A stretch of DNA of 64,000 nt, from the NCBI GenBank assembly GCA_965178125.1, contig OZ237774.1, positions 310,001 through 374,000 of the forward strand, given 5' to 3'. The notes below the pieces were generated by a model. It searched no databases. It was not told the DNA's origin and was given only the letters and a program-made list of their open reading frames with translations. Below, one piece after another: positions 31,831 through 40,881 of this stretch. The translations under genes were made by a program, and so were the position numbers. Every line of letters starts with the position of its first letter. Within the stretch, counting starts at the first letter, position 1. The DNA comes from Bilabrum cf. latius. Taxonomy: Eukaryota.

Positions 31831-33636
31831 TTACATTTGGTCAAGCATTTTTTTAAGCTGGGCACGGCTTAACTTTTTACCTCCTTTGCTTTTACCTGAA
31901 CCGATATTTAATAGGTCACCGCCTTTCTTTGTGGTTTTCTTACCCTTTCCATAACCAAATCTAGAAACAAAATCGCCAATTGCTGAGCCGTCGGCAACTT
32001 GTGGAGCTAAACCACTATTACGTAATGTTCTTGATACTGCTTTTACTTCTGGTCTTTGAAGCTGACGACCAAGCCATGTAAGGCCTGACCATACCGAGTT
32101 CCCTAGGTCTCTAAAGGAGAAACCGCCGACAATATGGTTATCTTGAGCGGTATTTTCAGAGTATACAACGGATGCTTTGGCGAGATCTTCAGAAGAAAGG
32201 AGTGGTCTCATTGATTTATAAGTGCCGTTGTCTGATTCATTATATAATACTAGATCATCATAATATGCCATTACTTTTAATGTATATGTTCCATCGGCTG
32301 GGCATGACATTGTGGCTCTTACTGTCATAGTAAAGGTCTTGTTTGCATGGGATATAAAGGATTGTTGAGATGCCGCAGGAATGTCATTAGGCTTAACAAT
32401 AATGACAGAACCAGCACCGAATTTGGGTATTGGTGCTACTACTGGAGGTCCAACAGCTCCAGGTTTTTCTCCTAAAATTTGCTGGGCAAACTTGGCGTAT
32501 CTTTCATTATATCCGTTCTTAGCGGACATTTCATAAAGTTGATGTTGTGTGTAGTTATTGAAAATGTCGGTTTTTTGTGCGGTATCAATAGAAAGTTTTG
32601 TAATGTTTGAATATTGGTCAGCTTCTTCATAACTTAATCCATCAGCTGCCTTATTTCTCTTAGCGTAAATAAATAATGCGGTTGGTACACTGTTTAATAC
32701 AAATGAACCACTTGAAACCTCAACAGCTCCACCAGCTACTGTTAATGCTTGAGATTTAGATGCAAGTCTTACAACTTCTGGGGCATTATATACGATTTCT
32801 TTAGGGATATTAAGGTTAAGAGATGGATTCCAAGTATGGACCAAAAGGTTAAATTGTGATGCGGTACATGCGACCTCTGTTCCAGCTCTTGCATGTTCAT
32901 CATCGACCACTAGAAATTCGCCAACGTCGCCAGTAAGTGCGGACATATCGAACTCGCATTTAAAATCGTTTAAATTTCTAAATGGAACTGGGTTTGCTTC
33001 ATGGTATTGGAAAGGTTGGGCAAATATAACCTCTCTATATTTAAGTTGTATTGTAAAGTCATTAGCTCCATTTCTTACAATATTTACAATATCCCAGTTG
33101 TTACCAAGACCATTCGATGAAACAGTATCAACGGCATTTGCACCCTCACGGATGGAGTTATTAAGAATTGCGGAATCATACTTCGTAGAAAGTTGACCAG
33201 CTGGGGCATCGGATACTCTCATAAGTTGGCTGAGAGGTTGGGAATTTGCAAAACATTCGGCAACATCTGAAGGTCTTGATGTGAATTCGTGACCGTTCAT
33301 TTCAACCTTTGCATTATTAATAAGTCTATTGAGTGCCAGTTGACGAATACCAATCTTACCGTATAAGCTAGAAATTGGATCTAAACCAGCAGTCCCAGTT
33401 AGTCTAAGGGTTAAATTAGCTTCAAGCATAGGGACAGATTCGACGTTACCAGTTGGAAAAGTATATTCAAATCTTATAGTACCAGCTGATCCGTTAGTTG
33501 GTTGAGAAGATGCGGGAATTCTACGCCTTACTGATTCATTATTGGAGGCTCTTGCTCCGAGCATGACGTCTTTAGGTTCTTTAAATTTTTCATTTGACGG
33601 TGCCATGAGCACAACATTCTTATAGTATTGAGACAT
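31831..33636 (-). CDS. Virophage major capsid protein (601 aa)
   Basis: About 600-aa beta-rich protein next to the penton gene; LNSVPTALFIYA, LYEMSAKNG; basic Gly-Gly C-terminal tail. Confidence 0.85.
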   Translation of the reverse strand: MSQYYKNVVLMAPSNEKFKEPKDVMLGARASNNESVRRRIPASSQPTNGSAGTIRFEYTFPTGNVESVPMLEANLTLRLTGTAGLDPISSLYGKIGIRQLALNRLINNAKVEMNGHEFTSRPSDVAECFANSQPLSQLMRVSDAPAGQLSTKYDSAILNNSIREGANAVDTVSSNGLGNNWDIVNIVRNGANDFTIQLKYREVIFAQPFQYHEANPVPFRNLNDFKCEFDMSALTGDVGEFLVVDDEHARAGTEVACTASQFNLLVHTWNPSLNLNIPKEIVYNAPEVVRLASKSQALTVAGGAVEVSSGSFVLNSVPTALFIYAKRNKAADGLSYEEADQYSNITKLSIDTAQKTDIFNNYTQHQLYEMSAKNGYNERYAKFAQQILGEKPGAVGPPVVAPIPKFGAGSVIIVKPNDIPAASQQSFISHANKTFTMTVRATMSCPADGTYTLKVMAYYDDLVLYNESDNGTYKSMRPLLSSEDLAKASVVYSENTAQDNHIVGGFSFRDLGNSVWSGLTWLGRQLQRPEVKAVSRTLRNSGLAPQVADGSAIGDFVSRFGYGKGKKTTKKGGDLLNIGSGKSKGGKKLSRAQLKKMLDQM

Positions 33637-33706
33637 AATAATTTAACATTAGAAAAAAATTATTATATTTTTGTCTAATTGATTATTAAAACTTATATTA
33701 TTTTTA

Positions 33707-34597
33707 TTATTGTTGTACAAAATATAATTTTATATCAATTTGTGAATTTTTATTTAATGCGATTGGATGACCAACATTATTATAGTCAAACCAGTAAAAA
33801 TCTAGATAGAATGAATTTATATTTCTAGACTCTTTGAAATTGTGCCATACATGGTCGGTATCTCTTGCACTATATTTTATAAGTGATACAGGTTGATTAT
33901 TCGCCTGTTGCACGTCAAAGTCGACCAAGAATGAAGCAGTATCAGCAGACCCAGCGACTGCCTCAGGCTGGTTAATTGGGGGAGGTAATAGCTCGTTTTC
34001 TGTTGGTAAATTTGACCTTATGACAATTCTAGAAACTGGAGACATTAATTCAAGGGTACTTGTATATTGTGTTTCTGTGTCTTCTGCTAGTTCAACATAA
34101 TAAGGAGATGATAAAACAGATTCATAATTAAAAGATGGCATGTAAGAAAATAGATCATTATTAAATCCAATTTTCCAAGCAGATCTAAAAGCACCGACCG
34201 AAACAATTTCAAATTTATTTGTTGATACATTAAATGTCATTGTGGGAACATCTGCAATGCTCAAGGTTGAACATAAAGAACTAAATGTATTTGATATTGC
34301 CGAGGCGACATCTCTATAATCATAAATATATCCGTCTTGGTCATCAAATGCCGAAAAATCGACAATCTCAGAAGTTACAACACCAGAACTAATATTTTGA
34401 AATGATATAGTGGGTGTGTTAGCGTTTGGATCAAATAAGGGTAAAAGAATTTTATTCATAATTAAGCGTTCTACTGAAATTAACCATCCCGTAGTATCAC
34501 TTATAACATCTGTTTGTCTATTTACATTTACACGAGCAATTGAAGTTGTCCCATTTGCTCCACTGACTTGTCCAGTTAAATAAATATTACGACTCAT
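33707..34597 (-). CDS. Minor capsid (penton) protein
   Basis: 296 aa directly upstream of MCP; SPVSRIVIRSNLP and FYWFD motifs. Confidence 0.75.
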   Translation of the reverse strand: MSRNIYLTGQVSGANGTTSIARVNVNRQTDVISDTTGWLISVERLIMNKILLPLFDPNANTPTISFQNISSGVVTSEIVDFSAFDDQDGYIYDYRDVASAISNTFSSLCSTLSIADVPTMTFNVSTNKFEIVSVGAFRSAWKIGFNNDLFSYMPSFNYESVLSSPYYVELAEDTETQYTSTLELMSPVSRIVIRSNLPTENELLPPPINQPEAVAGSADTASFLVDFDVQQANNQPVSLIKYSARDTDHVWHNFKESRNINSFYLDFYWFDYNNVGHPIALNKNSQIDIKLYFVQQ

Positions 34598-34815
34598 AAT
34601 ATTATATAGTTAGAAAAAATATATAGTTTTTATTTTCGCTTTTTTTTTCTTGTGCATAATTATATAGATACGATATAGGGATTTAATCGCCTTGAAGTGT
34701 CTATGTCAATTGTTTTTGAGTTGTTCATGTTAGCCAGACATTGTTTTATATATATCTACATGCTTTTTAGTGTGTATCTATATAACTTTTAATTTTTAAT
34801 TTTTAAAATAAAAAT

Positions 34816-35083
34816 GCACGTAACTTATAAATATGATTTTTGTGTTCCCCAGCTCGTGACAATTCAGAATATATATAATTTGTCATATGTCCGCCAAATA
34901 TAAAACGTTGTCCATGGGGGACATTGAAAGCTTACCCCACGGACAGGAAGACCGTCCATCTGGACAGGATGACCTGTGTGTGTAGACTGAAGGTCTTTTT
35001 CATACAGACAACCCCATACAATATTATATCATTCGAAAGCCCTTGACGTGTGGATTATGATTCCGAGTTTTAAAGTTACGTGC
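34816..35083. ncRNA. Candidate structured RNA/ssDNA element
   Basis: ORF-free and locally GC-richer; 11-bp closing stem gcacgtaactt/aagttacgtgc with several nested stems. Confidence 0.3.
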
Positions 35084-35113
35084 GATTTTTTTCTGATTTT
35101 TTATTTTTATTTT

Positions 35114-36000
35114 ACCATCTCAAATATATGTTTATGACACATTCGAAGAGTTAAATGCAAAGTTACAACTGCAATTTAAAATAAAACATCACCTTTAATA
35201 AATTTATTCTATTTTGCTTATCTATATTACTTTCTAAAAAAAGTGCTTCATTCTACGATTTAAAAAAGTGGTAAAAATACGAATTTAAAAATCACCTATA
35301 AAGAATAATTCTGAATTCGTATTTTTGCACCCTTTTGATTCGGAGAATCAAAAGAGTGCAAAACTACGAATTAATAATTATTTAAATGGAGATCTCGAGA
35401 GCGAATAAATGGAAAGCTTGAATTAATCGCCTTAATAGCGAACGAAGTGAGCGCCCCAATGCATGAATTCAAATTATAGAGCCATAAAAAGAGCAATAAA
35501 ATATTTTAATGAAAAGTCCCTTAAAAATGCCCATAATAAAATAAAATGCAAAAGAGCCGAAATAATAGCAAACTTTAGTTTGCGAAACAATAAATTGAAC
35601 AGTAAAAAAAAACTATAAAAATTAAAATTCAATAGAACCATAAATAAATTAAATTCTTCGAATTTAATAATTTTCATTCTGACGAATAAAAATAAATTTT
35701 GATAAAAATTAATAAATTAATTTATTCTTATTCCGCGAAAATTTTATAAAAAATAAAAAAGTATAGCACACAACGAATTATAAATATTTAATATAATATA
35801 TCAATTTTACAATTTTTAAAAAATATTTAATATACAAAAAATTATAAATATAAAAAAAACAGCACAAATAAATTATTTATATATTCAGCAAAAATATATA
35901 AATAATTAAAATAAGCACAAAAAAATATATTCGCCTGTTGTAGTCCAAAAAAAATAGGAATATAATATTATTATATTCCTATTTTTTTTGGACTACAACA
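35114..36000 (-). repeat. Right terminal inverted repeat, ending in a 65-bp palindrome (35936-36000)
   Basis: Reverse complement of 7788-8674. Confidence 0.93.
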
Positions 36001-36101
36001 GCTCGGGCGTCCGACTAATCCCAACTAACTTGGAGACACTTTGCTTTGCTTCAACGAGACCACCCTCTGCAACCTCCCGTAAGGAAGATATGGTAAGACA
36101 T

Positions 36102-36669
36102 GGAGAATTCGTTGTGTGTCTCCGCTGGTGGACAAATCCATCGGTGGATTCAGGCACATGGCGACGGCTCTGTGTTCGATGCCATGTCTGGTTGTATTTG
36201 GGTGGTTGAGTCTGTAAAAGAAGCTTTCATGGAAGTCACGATGTCATGGTATTAAGGAGACAGAGTCTGATTCGTTGTTGACGTCAAATGAGATGATAAG
36301 CGTCTGTGCGATGAGGATGGCTCTGCGAAGAAGGAGAACGCCGCAACACCTTGTCCGTAGGTGGGAAGAGGAATTGTAGCGTTAGACATCGTAATCTGAT
36401 TAACGGAAGAGGCAGGCCACGAAGAGTGGAGGTTGGCATTTCTCCAGTCAATCGCCTCCATTCGGGGTGGAAGAGCTCAGGACTGACAGATCGTCTTGAA
36501 TTCTTTTCCCACCCGCCCGGGCCCGGAGAATTCGTTGTGTGTCTCCGCTGGTGGACAAATCCATCGGTGGATTCAGGCACATGGCGACGGCTCTGTGTTC
36601 GATGCCATGTCTGGTTGTATTTGGGTGGTTGAGTCTGTAAAAGAAGCTTTCATGGAAGTCACGATGTCA
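36102..36669 (+). repeat. Ngaro-1 B1 (36102-36246), A2 (36247-36507), spacer, B2 (36525-36669)
   Basis: 145-bp B present twice; A2 matches 2141-2401. Confidence 0.95.
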
Positions 36670-36943
36670 GACGTGTAGCCCCAATTTTATTTTCCAAACT
36701 CACAAGTAGTCGTATATCATATCATAGTGCGTCATTGAAATCACAAAGTGCTATAAGCTAGTTCTTTAGCGCGTAAATGATGCATTTGAAGAATATCTCC
36801 TGGCTCGGAAGAAGAGTCGTTTCTATTGAATCCTCTACGCTTTCGCAGAGAATCCTGAGAGCCAAGTGCTGCTCGCTCTCGCACGGCGAGCTGCAGGTGT
36901 TGGCTAGTCTCGGAATGATCCGCTTGAAGCGTTTATCGCTCAT

Positions 36944-38323
36944 TTGGGGTGCAATGCCCGCACCCTAAGTGGCGACAACGCCGATGAGGTCCGCGCTGGA
37001 TGGCTGATGCAAGCAGCTGAGCTAGCTGTGTCTGGCGGAAGACCAGTCGAGAACAGCGCAGTTGGGGCAGCAGGACAAGAAATGGCATGGGCAGCAGAAA
37101 TCGAGACTGTCCGCACGCGTATTGTGACGCGAATGCAAAATGATGGGGAAGCCGTTCCCGCGGAGCTATCAAGCGCTGTCACAAGCGTCTGTCTAGACGA
37201 TCCTTCCCGGATTCTGATGCTATAGCGAGCGACATTGCATGAAGCTGTTGAGCTATGCCAAGAGCTTCCAGCGGACCATGAGCCAGCGCAAGCTGGGCTG
37301 TGCCATGTGGTGAATGAGGCTGCCAGTGTGTTCGAAGCACCACTCCTAGAACAAGAAGTACCACCGGCGGACGGTGAGGATGCTGCAATTGGTGGAGAAG
37401 CCGGTGGTACGTCCGCACTCTCTGCCGGAGCAGGTGAGAGCGAAGGTCAAGCCACTGGCAGTGAGGGCCTGGGGCTCCATCTACCGCACTACTGGGAGGC
37501 ACCTCTGGGAACATTAGGTCAGAGTGAATCTCGCCAAAGCAGTACTCACTCCACGGCGCCTCACCTACCCTCAGGAAGCGGAGACTAGTGGGACGAAGAA
37601 ACCGCAAGCAGCGTCCCCGGATTCGGTACTGGGCTTCTGGATCCCGATAGCTCTGCTGTTTGGGGTCCGGATCCTGGTCATTCACTGCGGGGCACTGCTG
37701 TGCATGATTCGCCCGGCCATCACTCCGGTGGCTCGCCTGGCCATCACCCCGGTGGCTCGCATGGCCATCACTCCGGTGGCTCGCCTGGCCGTCACTCCGG
37801 TGGCTCGCATGGCCATCACTCCGGTGGCTCGCCTGGCCATCACTCCGGTGGCTCGCCTGGCCATCACTCCGGTGGCTCGCCTGGCCATCACTCCGGTGGC
37901 TCGCCTGGCCATCACCCCGGTGGCTTGGCCAGCCTGCCCACCCATGGCGTACCGGGCGCATCACCTACGCTTGCCCAGGATCATGCATGGACCGAGGCTG
38001 TTCCCCCACCAGGCCCAGGATCGCCGAATTACGACCCAACTGTGTTTACGCAGTACTGGCGGCAGAGGCTAGAGTCTGCAATGACGCAAGAGCTCCACGG
38101 ATATGGATCTGACAGTGGCTCCGACGGTTCTGTATCGGAGGCTCCGGATGGCGCTGGAAGACGTCGGAGGGGCCATCGTCGAGGCACGCAAGAATCCATG
38201 TCGCCTTGGCACCACGATGCCTCGGGAGCAAGGCGTAATCGTCACAGGCGCGACTCCGATTCTGATCATGATGGGATGGGAGGCTCTGGAGGGCTCCAAC
38301 GCGGTCTGCCTAGCGACCCATGA
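36944..38323 (+). CDS. Host hypothetical protein with GHHSGGSP repeats (2 in-frame TAG; start uncertain)
   Basis: ORFs 36944-37225, 37235-37588 and 37700-38323 share a frame, joined by TAG; ends TGA. Confidence 0.55.
37712..37925 (+). repeat. 24-bp coding tandem repeat (about 8-9 units)
   Basis: Unit ggccatcactccggtggctcgcct, no spacers. Confidence 0.9.
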
Positions 38324-38651
38324 ACTCTTTGGGACAGAACTGGTGACTAGTGCCGATTTTTGTCCTTCAGATGTGCTATATTTTGGGTTCTGGCACAACT
38401 TTGCATGAGTTGGGGAGTGCCAGTACACGCTTGTCGAACTTGAGCAAGATAGCTCCTCGGTACGGGTACTAGACTCCAATTTCTGTTTGATTTGCTTGCT
38501 GCTCAGATTGATTTTTCCAGGCCAATTTTCGACTATAAACTACGCGATGTCTAGGGATCCCGGATACACAAGCCGCCCCGCCCCAAAACCTCGATGGGCC
38601 TGCAACAGCCAACCAGGAAGCGCCTGCTTCAATAAGTGATCGCTTCGAATC

Positions 38652-39512
38652 TCACTTCCCTGAGATTTCCTTGCCCACCTCTTGCATGTAAGCGTACGCA
38701 GCAGGAAGCTGCTCCATTCCGTACCACTCCGTTTTCTAAAGGTGGGTGTCGTTGATCCTGGTCGCAAAGTGCCAGGGGTTGAAGCCCGCCATCACGTCGT
38801 CGTGCGCCTTGGCGTAACCCACGAAAATCTCCAGCATCTCCTTGATGGTCTCGTCCTGCGGTGCCAAGGGCTTCCGAACGTCAGCGAATGTGCCTGGGAC
38901 GAAGATGGCGCGCTGATGGGGGGCCATCTTGGGAAAAATGGTCTTCTCGTAGATCTGGATCGACTCGTTGGCGCTCCCTTTCATGTCCTCCCAGTTGTAG
39001 TGGTCGATGGAGAACAAATCGAGTGCGGCTGGGACGTGAGTCCAGTTCGTCATCGTGTCCGAGCACTCGTTTTCGTAGAAGAGTGTAGCCTTGCCGTTTG
39101 TCGCCGCGTCGACGTCTTGTCGGATCCGGTTGGCCGCCACCTCGAACACGTCGAGAGGGATTGAGTGATGACACGCCTACTCATCACCCAAAAAAATGCC
39201 CTGCACGGGGGCCTTGTCATCTCCTGGGAACTTCGGCAGGTGCGGCTTGATTTCGGCCAGAATACCCTCCCACGTCTGCTCCCAGCCAGGACACAGATCA
39301 TGCTGCTCCTTGCACCATATTCCGGAGCCCATTCGATAAAAACCATTCATGCCAAGGTTCTTGCCAGTCAGTATATCATCGATAGAGCTTGTTTGGCACC
39401 AATTCGCCCACTTGTACTGCTCAGTTGGGTAGCATTCGTAGAACATCATGATGTCTAGAGCAGCATGCGCCACCACACTCCCAAACAAAATACCTCCCAA
39501 TACTCGCAACAT
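38652..39512 (-). CDS. Secreted protein, possibly glycoside hydrolase-like (2 in-frame TAG)
   Basis: Signal peptide MLRVLGGILFGSVVAHA; IFLGDE, FSIDHY, FVPGTF; ends TGA. Confidence 0.6.
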
Positions 39513-39672
39513 ATTTACTGGTCTCTGAAGCAGGTTAAGGTTTCTGTGGTAAGCTATGATGCGCAAGTTGCACTTGGATCCGCATGAAACCAGGAATAAC
39601 ACGCAACTAGACAAGAGCGACACTTGACACAAGGGAGCCTCTCTGAGACCTGCATGGCACTTTAAAACTTCC

Positions 39673-40881
39673 TCACATCCAACCGCCTCCGCCCCCGCCC
39701 TGGAATCCTCCCCCTCCCATGCCCCCAAACCCACCGCCGCCGCCGCTGAAGCCTCCACCCCCTAACCCCCCCAAGCCACGGCCACCCCTTCTGCCTCTTC
39801 CTGGGCCTCTACCCAGCCCTCCTGGCATCCTCAACCCACCGGGCATACCCCCGGGGCCCCCCAAGTCGGGGTCAAGGCCCCCCGAAAACCCAGGGGGTGC
39901 CAACTCGTCCCCCCATCCCCTGCCTCCTGGGCCGCGGCCCCCCCTACCGCCATGATCCCCCGGAAATATGGGGTCATACCTAGCCCCTGGTGGGACCCCA
40001 CCCCTGGGGACACCCCCTGAGGGACCCCCCCTCCCCCCGGTGAACATGGGGTCGTCTGGTCCCACCAGCATGCCACCGCCCCTGCCCCTGCCACTGCCGC
40101 TGCCATCCCCTAGTCCACCAGGCCCCCCGCCTACCACAGAAGGCAGACTGTCTGGCAAACCGGCAGGGAGCAAATCACCAGAGCCAACTCCCCCTGTCAC
40201 AGGGCCAGCGAACCCTGACGAACGCTCGCCGCGGGATGCCCCGCCCGAGCCGCCGTCCCGATGACCAGAGGCAGGGGCAGGTGCAGGTGCAGACGAGCTC
40301 CCACCAGATCCTGACCCCCCTTCCCCCGCACCTCCCCTCGAGGTGTCCCCAACGGCGCCCCGCAGGCCGTCCATAACTGCTCGCTTCAATTCGTCGACTT
40401 TCGAGGGGTCGAAGAGAGGACCCAGCCAAGCAGGAATCCCGGCTCCCTCACCGGCCCTTACAGTGTAATTCACAATGGGTATCCGGACAGCGCGCGCGGA
40501 GGCTGTTGCGGCTGTCGTGGCAGTGTACTCGCTCGGTGTGATGGTGACGACAAGCTCGTTCGGTCCTTCACCAGACCCGCCACTTGCACTCGTCGATACA
40601 GCTAGTGTCACTCGTTGTGTACTTGTTCTGTGCTTAATGGCGTTGGCAGTCCACACCATGGCACTTGTGCCTGGAGAAGCCACAAAATCGCTGACTGGCA
40701 AGTGGGATCTGGCTGCTTCCTTGCTGCCTCCGGCCTTCGCAGTCGTCGTACCGGATAGATTGAATCCATCGGACTATACTATATGCGCTACTGCCAGAGC
40801 TAATGCTGCAGCCGCATTCCCACAGGTGACAGAGCCGGCGAATATGCCCACCTACGTTGGGAACGGGGTTGCCCCTGCCAT
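39673..40881 (-). CDS. PSMF1: Proteasome inhibitor PI31-like protein (2 in-frame TAG)
   Basis: GGMLVGPDDPMF and VPPGARYDPIFP motifs, Gly/Pro-rich tail; ATG 40881 is reached through two TAG. Confidence 0.75.

Larger units (their letters stand above)
7788..36000. mobile_element. Endogenous virophage (mavirus/EMALE-like), about 21.6 kb without Ngaro-2
   Basis: Sharp switch to AT-rich DNA; TG...CA ends; TIRs; TSD; MCP, penton, packaging ATPase, Cys protease and rve integrase genes. Confidence 0.93.
2141..36669 (+). mobile_element. Ngaro-type YR retrotransposon 1 (about 6.3 kb own sequence), interrupted by the virophage
   Basis: Split direct repeats in A1...B1-A2-B2 order; gag-like, RT/RNase H and YR frames; no TSD. 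Confidence 0.9.

Noticed and set aside
34975-35015. Group I intron-like words (gtagactg ... catacagac)
   Set aside because: The P7-like pairing is imperfect and no interrupted gene flanks it; kept only as a generic structured-element candidate
7788-36000. Bacterial prophage, contaminant or chimeric join
   Set aside because: TIRs, a 5-bp TSD, a restorable target codon sequence and the virophage core gene set show a genuine integration
7788-36000. Classical Polinton/Maverick
   Set aside because: No pPolB motifs seen in any ORF; the roughly 600-aa MCP with adjacent penton and TCTA motifs fit a virophage better
2141-36669. LTR retrotransposon reading of the direct repeats
   Set aside because: A...B-A-B order, YR instead of a DDE integrase and no TSD define Ngaro-type elements
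37712-37925. Regular 24-bp repeats resembling a CRISPR array
   Set aside because: Head-to-tail units with no unique spacers, in frame as GHHSGGSP, in a eukaryotic context with no cas genes
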